Origin: the human T2T-CHM13v2.0 reference genome, Homo sapiens
Reading direction: 5' to 3' (one strand)
Length of the DNA stretch: 64,000 nucleotides
Assembly: GCF_009914755.1 (NCBI RefSeq)
Contig: NC_060934.1
Shown here: in pieces, positions 1 through 13,290 of the stretch
Position numbering within the stretch: the first letter of the stretch is position 1
How the letters are laid out: the number at the start of each line of letters is the position of its first letter
Notes under the pieces: model-generated
Seen by the model: only the letters and a program-made list of their open reading frames with translations
Databases searched by the model: none
Told to the model about the DNA's origin: nothing
Made by a program: the position numbers and the translations under genes

Positions 1-2039
1 ATTTGAGAAAAATATCTTTGGGGAATACAATTATCTGTGCTTAGCCTCAGCCCACAAATAAACAGAAACCAACTGTTCCCTGCAGCAGGGAGCTATTCAG
101 TAAAGTCCCTCCTAACTATAGATGATGTGGCCCAGCCAAAAGCTGGAACCACACCCCACAGTGTAATCTAAACAACATAATTCTGATCCCATGGACCGCA
201 CCATGTGGTCTAGCATATTGAATTTGTAAAAATCATATTAGAAGGATACACAATATTTATAAAATACAAATACTGATTTGTCACACTGATTCTCAACCTG
301 AATGTGGGTCAACCTCTTGTTTGGTTCCCTTTAATAGCATAATTAAACAAATAAGAGCATTTATATCATGTAAGATCCAGACATAAGGAATCATGGCATT
401 TTAATATTTTAATATTCGAGGCTGCCTAGTGATTCCATAATGGCTAAACCCAGTTAAACTCCCATTGATGATGCTGATTACTCTAGGATCTAATTTTCTC
501 CTCTGGCTTCATCTAAAATCATGTTTCTCAACAGCTATCCTTTATTGTTTTTTAATCTTACTGCCTGGATATTAGTGAATCTCTAGAGTTCCAAAAACTA
601 CATTTGAGTGTTTTAACAAGTCAGCCCAACAATATATGTGGTGAGCTCATTAAACTTAGGTTAGAGTTCAGACTATTCACCTGGAATATTAATATTCATC
701 AATACTCTTAAAATCATAGGCCAACTTGACAGCATATATGCCAGCATCAGGGTTACCAACACCTCTGCCCTTCATGCAACAGTAGCACCCGGGATGAGAC
801 CAGTGTGTGCAGAGCCAGCTCCTGGCCCCGGGCTCTGTAATTAGCACCCTTAGCTGATACCCTCCAAGCAGAAGGAAAACGACACACACGAAGTACGTCA
901 GTGAATTGTCTTAAGTTTTTCCCTTATGAAGTTTTTAAAAAGCAATAAACATCTAACTCTAAATTGTCATTAAAACACAGCCTCCAAGCCCTATCTATGC
1001 CACCTTGATGAATAAATAAGTAGCAGACAGGCCATCCCAATATTCAGTTACTAGCACCATTGCCAGTTAGCGATTCTCTACGGCCGGACAGAGAAAGCAC
1101 TGCATGTCCTGAACCACACTCACACCGTTTAATCTCCTTCCCAATGTCACTGCCATCTTTGGAAGTGACAAATTCTCTTCATTCTTTTTCCTCCTTCCCT
1201 TGAACATAATGTGGTTGAGTCTCTTCTCCCACTTGGCCTGATTTCTCAAATTCAATCAAAATCTTTTTAAGGTCCCCCATTTTATTTGTCTTTTCACTGG
1301 GCTCTGCCCTGTGACTCCAGCACTTTGTCCCCTTCCAATCTTCAATGCTCCCTGACTTCTTCATCTCTTTTGTCAATCCCATTGTCATTCACCTTCTGCT
1401 GAAAAATGCTGGCCAGGTCCTTTTTGGATCCTTTGGAAATAAATGTACAATTCTAAGTCATATGTATAATGAAGAGGCAGTCAATGTAAAAATCTTTGTT
1501 AAATATTTAGAACTCATGGAGCTGAAAGACACTTCAGAGGTTATCTGTCCCCCACCTCACCTCTACCTCTGCACCACTCTGCAAAGGCTTAGAATGCTGA
1601 AGCCTCCTAATCAGAGGCACACGGCCAGTTAATAGTATTACCAACACCGGTGCACGACAGCAGGACTCTTTGCCCTGCACCTCCCACAGGCAGCTGCTAA
1701 AGACAACCTCCCGATGCAGGAGTCACCTGGCCTCTGCTGGTGGAGTGGCCCTTCCTAGTCAGTGTCATCATAGGTCTCACATCTTACGATGCAAAAGAAG
1801 GAAGCCACAATTATTCCAGAAATTTGGCAAGTTACATGCAAAAAAAAAAAAAAAAAATCTAACAGAAGGAACTTTGAACAAAAGGTACAATTTATCCCAA
1901 CCCAGTTTTTACTGTGGCCTCCTTGATACACATTTCCAGGCTAAAGCTGCCCCATGTCTTGCCATAGACAACAATGATGCTCATAGGAACGCTAGCTCTC
2001 AGTTGTTGAATGCTTATTATTACAAATGGCAGCAATCAA

Positions 2040-2725
<686 letters not shown>

Positions 2726-4999
2726 CTTTAGATCTGCTTTGGAGAATCCCACACTTGACTTTTTAATGCCTCTTCTCCCATCTGTAATTGACCGGTCATT
2801 TAGTAGTCTTTCTTATTCTTCACGTATCAGCTTAAGGAATAAGAAAACCTTCGTTAAACAGACGCAGAACACGGAGGATGGAAAAAAGTCTTTGAAAGAA
2901 AAAAGTGTTGATCATTTACCACAAAGAAAGTCTTAGTGGATTAAAGTATATTCCCTGGGCCTTTAAAGATATCTATTAGTAATTTACAGAAATTATGAGA
3001 GCAAAAAGGGCTGTTGTTTTCAGAATTCAGAGCTCAGCCTGTGGCCTTATACTGGATGATGTTCAGAACCAGCCTCTTTGGGAATTCACATCAAATTCAG
3101 GTTCATAATTTATGTAATGACATATACTTGGACACTGATTAGCTATCGTATCAGCTCTGTAATAAAGGCGGCATAACCCCTAGTTTATCATTCATTCATC
3201 TGAAGTCATTGTGAATAATATCACAAGATTGTAACGTAATCATTATGCTGTACAGCAGTCCTGGGCCTGCACACCAGGCTGGCAGGGTCAGGGCCCCGGC
3301 AGGGTTCACACCGCTTAATTTACTCACTTCTTACACATTTATAAAATTGGAGTCAACAGTGTAGTATCGAAGTTGGGTCCAGGAGCAGATGCTTACACAC
3401 ATTGCTAATAAGATGTTCAATAGGAGGTACAGGAAGACTTAATAACAGTAATAATAATCTTCTCTCCCAGCCAGGCTTGTACTTGAGTTTGAAACAAGTC
3501 ATTCAGTGCTCAATGACTAGCACGGATTTCCTTTGACTCACGGGCTCTGCTCGACCTGAAGGGTTTATCGACAACCGCTTTGCTGCTATGAAACGCTCTA
3601 TTAGGAAAACTGTGTCTTCAGGCCACGGGGAGGGGAACTGCAGAAGAGTCGATTCCTTTGGAGAAGGGTTCGGGCGGGCAGGCTCTGGAGTGCAGCCACA
3701 GCAGCAGAGGAAGGAGGTGGAGGTGGAAAAAATCAGCTTCTGAGAGGCCGGAACGGTGGCTGGGAAGAAGGAGGAAACGGTGGTGACATCGCTCACACCC
3801 TGGTAAAGGCACTCGGGCTTCAGTGTGACAGTGACTGTTGTCATTTCTCTGTGGCCGTCCTTCTGGCCACTCCACAGCTCTTTTCTAAAAAGCTAACTAA
3901 ATGCTAGGTTACCTTTTAAGTTTAATTTGCAATTTCCGCCAGAGCCTTGGCCGACCCACTCATCCTCTGTGGGAGGCGGCTGAACTCATCACAGTGCCCT
4001 GGGGGGCTTCCGCCAGGGGCCTGCCGCCTCCCTGGGCCACCAAATCTAGGAGGAAAAATCATGATGTGATGTCAAAAAAAACACGGTTTTGGGGCTGACT
4101 TTGGAGACTAGTGCCCCTCCTGCCTCCTGGGCTTGAGGTGCAGCCACAGAACCTGTGGGCCAACACCGACCCTTTCTGCAGTGGGTCCCAGCCCAGGGTC
4201 ACATGCCAGGCCTGAAGCTTTAACCAGAAGAAGGTAGCTGGGCCAGTGGGGTGGGAGAGGTCAGCCAGGGCAAAGCTAAGTGCCCTCCTCCCAACTACCC
4301 CATGAGAGGAAGACAGCAGGTAGAAGGTAGGAACCCCAGCCAAGTGGGAGAGGGTGGCCTGAGCCATCCCAGGTGGGTCAGAAGCCCAGCAGCCTGCAGG
4401 TCATCCTCCCAGGACAGGTGGCAGGGAAGCTGTGGAGGCAGATGGTGAACAGGTGGAGGCTCCTCCAACCTATCTCGTTCAGGGCATCCCGTGATTCCTG
4501 CATCCATTTAACAAGGCTCCATGGAACATGACTAGGTGTGACGTGGGGCTGGGCTTTCCATGCACAGCACAGGTCCAAGGCAGGCAGCAATGCTAGCATA
4601 ATCTTTAGGGGGCAATAGGATTATGGAAGAGAGACCAACACCTTCTGCCTGGGAGAATCCAAGAGGCTTCCTGGAGGAGGTGGCATACGGAGCAGTAAGA
4701 GGATTTCACCGACTTCATGCTGCGCTGCCAGGTCAACAGGTGGCATTCACTCTCTGTGGTTGCTTTAGGACTAGATGAAAACAGTGGTACCAGAAGCATC
4801 ACCGTGAGGTCAACAAGAAAACTCCAGCTAAACCTTAGGCTCAGGGTCAGTGACCAGCGTCTCTCAGCTTCGTCAGTTCTTTTTCAGGAAACAGGTGAGG
4901 TAAAAATTATAAATAAATCAGAAAACATGAGGGGCTGGTGGGCTGGTTGTGTTTCTCTGAAGGCCTTTTAACGTCCATATTATTTAGGAAAGTTTTTTG

Positions 5000-5380
5000 T
5001 TGCAAGTTACATTAAAAAAAAAAATCTTAGAGCAACAGGGTCTTTCTCCCTCACACAACAACGCCCCCATCTCAGCATTCTGGAGGGAGGCTGCGACCAG
5101 CCGTGGCGAGGCGGCCGGAAGCTCTGAGATCTCTCTCGGCATCTCCCTCATGGTCACAAGATGGCTGCTTCAGCTCCAGACAACATATCTGTGAAGCATG
5201 AGGAAGAAAGAGGTGAAGCCGGCACAAGACATGTTTATCTCCTTACATTCAACACACAAAAGCCTCCAGAAATGCCCGCAAACACCTGCTTGTGTCTTAT
5301 TGGTCGAAACTGGTCACATGGCTGCCCTAGTTGCAACAGAAGCTCGGAAGATGGGGTTTCGCCTGTGCAGCCCGCACATA
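5000..5380 (-). mobile_element. Old MaLR LTR (MLT1K/L-like)
   Basis: GGTCACAAGATGGCTGCTTCAGCTCCAG and ATTGGTCGAAACTGGTCACATGGCTGCCCTAGTTGCAA are typical antisense MLT1 blocks. Confidence 0.65.
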
Positions 5381-5482
5381 GAGGCCGCCACCGACAGGCG
5401 TCGGGGGGGCACCCACCACACTCACTCCCACACCCCAGAAAAGTGCGAGAAGACATCACGCTACTCAAGAAAAGCCCTTCAC

Positions 5483-5692
5483 CTTAGAATGATACAATGG
5501 ACTTTGGGGACTCCGTGGGGAGGGGGAAGGGGGTTGAGGAATAAAAGGCTACACGTTGGGTTCAGTGTACACTGCTCGGATGACGCGTGCACCAGAATCT
5601 CAGAAATCACCACTAACGAACTTACCCATGTAACAAAAAACCACCTGTTCCCCAAAAACTATTGAAAAAAAGATATTTTATGTATATAAAAT
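5483..5692 (+). mobile_element. L1PB 3' end, 5'-truncated
   Basis: AGAATGATACAATGGACTTTGGGGACTC...CACCTGTTCCCCAAAAACTATTGAAAAAAA; 15-bp TSD AGAAAAGCC(C/A)TTCAC at 5468-5482 and 5693-5707. Confidence 0.92.
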
Positions 5693-6108
5693 AGAAAAGC
5701 CATTCACTCTTCCTCCAAAACTAATGAGGAGAGAATGGTAAATACCAATGGTGAATTCACGGCTGGACTGAAGGTGCTTACGCGGCCATCTCCTTGTTTC
5801 CAGATGACGAAGTTTTGGAAGATGTCTGGAAGATCATAGTTAAAAGTTATATCAAAGGGAAGCTTGGCTGGAGTTTGGGATTTGTTCCTGTGCATTTCCA
5901 TGGACAACTTAGAATTGAAGGTCACAGAAGTCATCCCTAAAACCGTAGTGAGGGAAAAAGGCCAGTTCATAGCAAACATAGCAAAGCTACCTGACAATAA
6001 CAAAAAAATCTGCAACGGTGGCTTTCCAAAGAACACCTCCATTTAAATAGGCCACAATATAGAAAAAAGTAAACATATGCCCTAGCAAAGTCAGGGGTCG
6101 AAATGTGA

Positions 6109-6540
<432 letters not shown>

Positions 6541-6829
6541 TAGAGGTGGTCCCCATGCATCTTGGTGGCATCTGCAGAGGATGAGAGTCCAAGTGTGGCT
6601 TGGGAAGGGGCCTTCCCGAGGGGGCTTCCTTCTCCACCAGAGACCTTTTCAGCCAAGGTCAAAGAGGAGGGGTGGCGGGAAAGTCCTGAAAGACCCAATC
6701 CCGCTGCAGTGGTGACAGCAAGAAATGACTCAGCCAAGGCCAGGGGTTGCAACCAGGCCTGGCATATCTGGGAAGAGAGGCAGAGTGCACAGTGGTCAGT
6801 TGCATGGATGTAAGTGCAGGCAGACCTGG

Positions 6830-7005
6830 TCACTTCCCACACTTGGTCTTGGGTGAGTTACCTGACCCCACAGAAACTGTCTCAGCTTGTAAATTGGGGG
6901 TAATAATGGTACGTACTGCACAGGGCTCCTGTGAGAGATGATACATATAAAATTCCTACCAGAGGGCTCAGCACCATTAAGCCCTCAAAAATGTCTTCTT
7001 ATTAA
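6830..7005 (+). mobile_element. MIR SINE
   Basis: TCTTGGGTGAGTTACCTGACC...TGTAAATTGGGGGTAATAATGGTAC matches the MIR core and tail. Confidence 0.7.
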
Positions 7006-7185
7006 TAGTTGCAACTGCAAATACAGCTCCTTTGAGCTCTAGAGGGCGAGCACCTTCTGGTTAACTTTTCTCCACATCCATGCTCTTAGCCTTGGATTCT
7101 TAACTTTCAGGACCCTTGAAACTAAACTCAGAGTTTTGTGTGTATGTGTCTATGTAAATATGTATCCATCCATACATACACTTAC

Positions 7186-7237
7186 ATTTCCCCGATGGAA
7201 AGATCCCCGGATGGTACCAGACTCACAACAGGGTCTG
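7186..7237 (-). other. Candidate minus-strand exon (52 nt)
   Basis: Minus strand: CTTCGTCTCTTCTTTTTTTGCTCAG|CAG acceptor (NAGNAG) and AAT|GTAAGT donor. Splice motifs only. Confidence 0.3.
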
Positions 7238-7683
7238 CTGAGCAAAAAAAGAAGAGACGAAGCTCTCAGAGCTACTTGGTGGCCATATGGGATGTGTATA
7301 TGTTGCTTTCCTCAAACACAAGTTAATCTTCTCATCCTGTCCTGCCCCCACCGTTCAATGTAAGCCTGGTAATTTCCTAGAGAGGCAGGCTTGTCATCTG
7401 AGAAATGTTTAAGCATAGCCATGGTCAGGAGGTAGAGCAGGGAGCTGTGAGTGGTCTGCAGAGGCTGGGGAGGTAGGTTTCCAGGCAGGCCAGAATTTTA
7501 TGTAAGCCATCTTGAAGCAAAAGCAGCTTTAGGAAGTGCATTCCGATGGACTCACCACCAAAGGGAAGCCCATGAAAGAAACGTTGTCAGAAGCGACCGT
7601 GAATCTGGAGGGGGTGGTACCCTTCACGAAGGACAGAGCGGGAAGGTGCGGAAGGTGCAGAGAGCCCACCAGCCAGACCTGCA

Positions 7684-7749
7684 CCAATGGGGCGGGGGGC
7701 ATGTGACATTCCTCAGGGACAGACACTGGCAACGTGTATTCCTGACTCA
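7684..7749. promoter_or_regulatory. Compact promoter/enhancer-like motif cluster
   Basis: CCAAT 7684-7688, GC box GGGGCGGGG 7689-7697, E-box CATGTGAC 7700-7707, TEAD ACATTCC 7706-7712, AP-1 TGACTCA 7743-7749. Confidence 0.35.
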
Positions 7750-7785
7750 GAGGAAACAGTGACTTTCAAAATAACCATATTCACA

Positions 7786-8145
7786 CTACTCGGCCATAAG
7801 AAGGAATGAATTAATGGCATTTGCAGCAACCTGGATGAGATTGGAGACTGTTAACCATATAAGTGAAGTAACTCAGGAATGGAAAACCAAACATCGTATG
7901 TTCTCACTTATAAGTGAGAGCTAAGCTATGAGGATGCAAAGGCATAAGAATGACACAATGGACTTTGGGGACTCAGGGGGAAAGGGTGGGAAGGGGACGA
8001 GGGATAAAATTGGGTTCAGTGTATACCGCTCGGGTAATAGGTGCACCCAAATCTCATAAATCACCACTAAAGAACTTACTCATGTAACCGAATACCACCT
8101 GTTCCCCAAAAACCTATGGAAATTAAAAATTTTAAAAATCTATAA
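7786..8145 (+). mobile_element. L1PB1-like 3' end, 5'-truncated
   Basis: GAATGAATTAATGGCATTTGCAGCAACCTGGATG...CCTGTTCCCCAAAAACCTATGGAAAT; perfect 19-bp TSD CAAAATAACCATATTCACA at 7767-7785 and 8146-8164. Confidence 0.95.
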
Positions 8146-8539
8146 CAAAATAACCATATTCACAAGATGGGGCAGCGGGGGGTGGGGCTGTTGGCAAACA
8201 CTCCTGAATCCCTCATGAAAACAATTGCTCAAGTTCAAAGGAATTAAAGTCACAGTGGAAATGATCAGATCTTTCCCTCCCTGTCATTCCTGAGAAATGT
8301 GGAGACAATCACACAAAAAATCGCCTGTAAGCCCCAACCTTCCACCTCTCCTCCAGGCCCGGAACAACACCCCGCTTCTGTCCTCCACTATCTCCTCCAG
8401 TGAAGGCTCTGGACTGGCAGGAGACAAATGCAGCAAATAAATTCTGCCCCAATAGCTAACCTCTCCATAGTATTCTCATGTCTTTAGCACCAAAATCTAA
8501 CAGGAGTGTGATATTTATCTTCTGTTTTCAATATAATGG

Positions 8540-10220
8540 AATGAATCAATGACCAAAGGAATATAAAATGCAATGCCGTCCAAAATCTCCATAGGATGGA
8601 AGGGAAGCCTGGCCCTTACTTTCACTTGGAGGATTAAAATAACAAGACTAGGTAAGACATGTGTAAAAATAATAAGGGAAGACTTGTCTGATCAGATGTC
8701 AAAATGCATTCTAAAGCTATATTCATTGAAATGCAGTGATATTGTTCCAGAAGAGTCAAAAATATCAATGGACAAGGGTTCAGAAATAGACATATGTCAT
8801 ATGCTTATTACTATAATATTATAAAGTGGCATTTCAAATCAGTGGGAAAATGCACTCTGAAAATGCTATGAGGAAAATTGACATTTTTCAAACAAATTCA
8901 GATATACTATATGCCATTCATTAAATTTAATTCCTATTTCACAATATAATTATTAATCAGAAGATGTTTTTATATTATGGAGATGAGAAAAGCCTTTGAA
9001 AATCTAGAAACCAAGAAGACAATGGGTGGTAGATTTCATAGACAAAGAGATTAGGGGCCAGCCTATGTAAAGAAGACCCATAAATCAATAAGAAAAACAC
9101 AAACAATTCAATAGACAAATATGCAAAAAAGCTCTTTATGAATGAGGAAAATCAAAAAGTCAATTAAACACAGGAAAAGTTAGTTGCTCATTTGCATTAA
9201 TACTGCGGGAAATAAAAATTAAAACCAAAGCAAGAAAAATATACCTTCCACACTGGCAAAAATATAACTCTAACAATATTAAATGTTGGCAGGGATTTGG
9301 GAAATGGGATATCACATATCTTCTGGGCACAAGTCAGCTACTTAGGAAAACAAAGTTATCAGTATCTAATAGAACAAAGAACACACATATCCTACAACCT
9401 AGAAATTTTATATGCAAGCATATGCCTGGAGAAACTTTTAAAAAACATTTGCAAAGCTTATCACATCATTATTTTCAATGCTGCAATTGGAAAAATCCTA
9501 AATGTCCATCAGTACGCAAGCTTTCAAAATAAACTGTATATTTCTGTATCAGCATGGATATATCTCTAAATAATGCTGTTTTAAATAACAAATTACCAAA
9601 TAAAACTATGATGCTGTTTATAAATTTTTGAATGCAAATTAAAAAATGCCAGATACTTTTTATAGCTATCTACATTTCTAAGTAACTATTATTTTATGAC
9701 CTAATAGAAACATGCAAAATTCATTACAGTAATTACACACAGGGAGGGGAGTGAATCAGCCCAGGTATGGATGACAAAGGATCAATACTATCTTTACCTT
9801 TTCATTTTAAACTTCTAAAAACTTGAAGCAAATATGTTAAAATCTTATTTATTAGTATTGCTTAAATTATTCATTGTACATCTCTCCACTTTTTTATTTT
9901 CCGAAATTTAAAAATGCCATTAATGTTAATATTTTGTTTTACCATTGCTGAACTGTAAATATATTCACACATCACTATTATGTCTTTTGTTAAAAAAAAA
10001 AAATTGCTAAGTTTGGCTATGCACAAAAGTAAAAATTCTGTACAGGAAAAACTCCCATGAATAAAATTAATAAACAACAAATGAGGTCAGTATCTTTGCA
10101 ACCCATATTTTAAAATGTTAATATGTTTCATACATAAGCGTCATTCTCAGATCAACAGGAAAAAGACATCACATCTGAAAACGGAGGGCAGTGAAGAGGA
10201 TTCGAAGGCTACATCTGGTG
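8540..10220 (+). mobile_element. Ancient L1M (L1ME-like) ORF2/3' fragments
   Basis: A-rich degenerate L1 blocks: GATGTCAAAATGCATTCTAAAGCTATA, GGCATTTCAAATCAGTGGGAAA, AAATCAATAAGAAAAACACAAACAATTCAATAG, CCTAAATGTCCATCAGTA. Confidence 0.75.
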
Positions 10221-10489
10221 TAGATAAACAGGTCCTGCCTCTGAAGGTAGCACAGGGGCGTGGCTGGTGTTGGTTGCGCTGGGTGCTGGAGTACAGCCCA
10301 CCTGGTCCTGCCTGTTGTCTCAGATCAAAACTTTGGGAGGTTCTGTCAACCAGATCAACTGCAAGGAGGACATGAAGAAAGAGAAAACTGTCTATTTCCC
10401 TCCCTAAAAGCAGCCAAAGAGATAGGACAGGTTGTGGGGGACAATCGGAGTCTGGGAGCTTCCCTCTTGTGGCACAAGGAAAATGAGTT

Positions 10490-10990
10490 AATGTGCATCT
10501 CAGTCAGGACCCTAAGTGCTACAAAACAGAAACCCAACTCAACTCTAGCTAGCTTAGAAGAAGAGAGTATTCTTGTCTTACATACCTAGCAGAGCAGAGT
10601 CAGGCAGGCCTTGCGGTGGTAAGCTTACTCCAGGGGTCTGGCTTGATCTTTTGGATGGTCTCCCAGCCATGCCTCCTTTACTGGTCTGCTTCTTCCCCTG
10701 GGTGACTTGCCTCACAGCAGCAAAATGGCTGCAAAGGATCCAGACCCCCTTGCCTTCCCAGCATACTATCTATGGCCCAGAATTCCCAGCAAATACTTTG
10801 AGAGTTGCTCTGATGAAACTGCTTAGGTCACCCACCTGCCTCTAATTAATCGCTGCAGCCTCAGGATGAGTATAGTGTCTGCTTGGATTAGGTTTCATAA
10901 CCCATTCCTAAAGCTGGGGTTGGATGGGGTTCCTTTCCCTGTACCCAGGGGACCCCCAGGAAAAAAAGAGGGAATGAATCCTGGAAAGAC
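10490..10990 (-). mobile_element. Old MaLR LTR (MLT1I/J/K-like)
   Basis: TCAGTCAGGACCCT...ACAGAAACCCAACTCAA...GCAAAATGGCTGC antisense MLT1 signature. Confidence 0.6.
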
Positions 10991-12464
10991 AAGGACCAGG
11001 AGTTCACAGAGAGAAGAAAGCTGAATGGTGCTTCAATTCTTTTCCATAGACCTATGTCATATATATATTTGTAACATTACAAATTGTGATATATGCTGAA
11101 GGGACACGTGTTTTCCCAGGACTGTAAGTTCAAGATACTGGTTTCCCAAAGAAAGGGTTAAAGGCCATCATGTGACAGGTGCCAGATGCTCATCCAGGAT
11201 GGGAATCAGGATCCTGGTCCTGGGTCTCTTTCCCCAGCAAGACCCAGCCGTCCTCGGCCCCCTGTACCGCTGCTTCCTTTCCTCTAAAGTGACAGGGCTA
11301 GTTTGACTCTTTAGAAGTATTATTTTGCCCCTTTAAACACAGATTTTAAGATTATATGAATGGCTCTTGTCCTCAAAGATAATACTTTGTGCCCGAAGTT
11401 ATCAAGTTCCTAATGTCAAACCACTAAGAAAGAAAAGTTGTGACAATTTAATTTACCATCCAATTTAAAGTTCATTATCATGAAAGAAAACTTTCCAACT
11501 TGTAAATAAGCAGACTGAGTGAAAACTGATGAAAAATGTATCAGTATCTAAAACCCACCTCCCTTATAGCACATCTTGAAAAAAAATTTGTTCAGCCTTT
11601 GAAAAGCCCTTTCAAGCAGGGTTGCTTGAAAACTCTCTGAAGAATGTATTCCTTCAGCAATTCTGTATCCTCCTCCATCTTCTGTGTTCCTGGAACTTCT
11701 CTTGACAAGCTGGGCACGAATACAATGGGATTTTATTTATTTTTTAATTTTAAAAGTGTAAAAATAAATTTCCTAGCAAGACAAAGGTAAAGGTGACACA
11801 CAGTCTTTATATCATGGGTAAGCGTGGAAAAGGCACATGGAATTACAGAATGAAAATTTGGGAAAGGACAACTGCAAGAAGCCGTCAGTCCCTAGGTGCC
11901 AGGACAGGCAGGTGACACTTGACTGCACAGTGGTGTGCCTGGATGAAGCCGGAGGTGGAGGCTCCCGTCTGGCACACTTGGCAGGCTCCGATTGTGCTAT
12001 TTCCTTTGCCGGTTATGGAGAAAATTAATTTGCCATATGACGGTAGCTCCTGCCTTTAAAGAAAAATAATGATTTTAAATCACCAATTGTGTTTGGCCTG
12101 TAAAAGAGAGGATCTAGAAAAATTGGAATGTTTCTTAATGATGCAGGACTTATCTATTTTGGGACTATCTGGTACTCAGTCCCGAGACTGCCCGTGAGTT
12201 TTGTCTCCATCCCCCAGGTCAGGCTGTCAGCCGTCATCTCTGTTGTCATCATGCCATCTTCCATGAGTCCTCTCGAATTCCTTCCAGCTTGATGCTTCCA
12301 GCCGACCACAGCTGGGAAAGCAAGATCGTTATGAATTGAATGTGAAAGCAGTGCCATCGGTGACAATGGACGAGGCTCCCTGCTGGCCTCTGGCACAATT
12401 ATTCAACGCTTCAGAAGTCGCAATCTTTCCTTCTGAGACGCAGTACCTGGTACCTGCAGTGCAG

Positions 12465-12645
12465 CCTTGAACTCAGCTCCCGCTCTCACTGGCTGGGCAA
12501 CCTTGAACACGGCTCACTTAAATCTCTCCAGGCCTCTGTTTCCTCAATCCGCACATTGAGGAAAATCAAAGCACCTACCCCCGCTCGAACATCACATCAC
12601 GTGAAAAGGGCTTAAGCGGGCCCTGGCACCCAGAATGCACTGGAC
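12465..12645 (+). mobile_element. MIR SINE
   Basis: CACTTAAATCTCTCCAGGCCTCTGTTTCCTCA...CCCTGGCACCCAG. Confidence 0.65.
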
Positions 12646-12864
12646 AGGAGCTGTCAGGATGGAGCTGGGATGGGTGGAGGTAAGGGTCATGCTTAAGCTT
12701 CTTAGAAAGTGTTCTCACAACCAGAGAACTTCTCAAAAAAAGTTTGTCGAACACTTTTCTCATTTGAAATTCTCAAACAGCTTTAAAGTGAGCTGAAAAC
12801 ACAGCAGTAAACCCTGGTCTCAGCTTCCCGCTTGGGGATGTTGGGAGAGTTCCTCCCTTCCTTC

Positions 12865-13290
12865 CAAAGCTGTTGATTGAATATCTACCCAGCACAGGGG
12901 CCTGCCTCAGGGAGCTTAGGGTTGAGGAGGATGGACAGACAGAGCCAAGCAGTGACAACCCAGGCAAGTGCGACAGAAGGGAGGTGCCGTGTATAGGAAC
13001 AGCAGAGGCTTGGGACCTCACTGCATCTAGGAGTGCCAGGGACGTTTTCTCTGAAACGGGAACTGTGAGTTGGCACTGGGTAGGCTGGCACAGCAGGAGG
13101 TGTAGTGGGGGGAGGGTGGAGGAAGAGACCCCAGGAATGGGCCCAGCATGGTACTGAAGCAGAAATGAGCATGGTAAGAATCATGGAGGCGGGAGATCAA
13201 GGTGTGAGGATAACTGTGGAGAGGTACGTGGGGCTGGGATCACGCAGGGCATGCAGCCACGTAGGGATTTAGCATTTTATTCTAAAATTC
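12865..13290 (-). mobile_element. L2 3' fragment
   Basis: TTGATTGAATATCTAC, CCTGCCTCAGGGAGCTTAG and GGGATTTAGCATTTTATTCTAA are antisense L2 blocks. Confidence 0.6.

Noticed and set aside
4877-4900. + strand micro-exon-like CAG|GAAACAG|GTGAGG, and CAG|GCACAG|GTGAGT at 42470-42484
   Set aside because: Short pyrimidine tracts, no host gene evidence, and the 7-nt unit is frameshifting; expected by chance.
11610-11631. 9-bp perfect stem TTTCAAGCA/TGCTTGAAA
   Set aside because: A stem this short is expected by chance in 64 kb; bacterial terminator logic does not apply.
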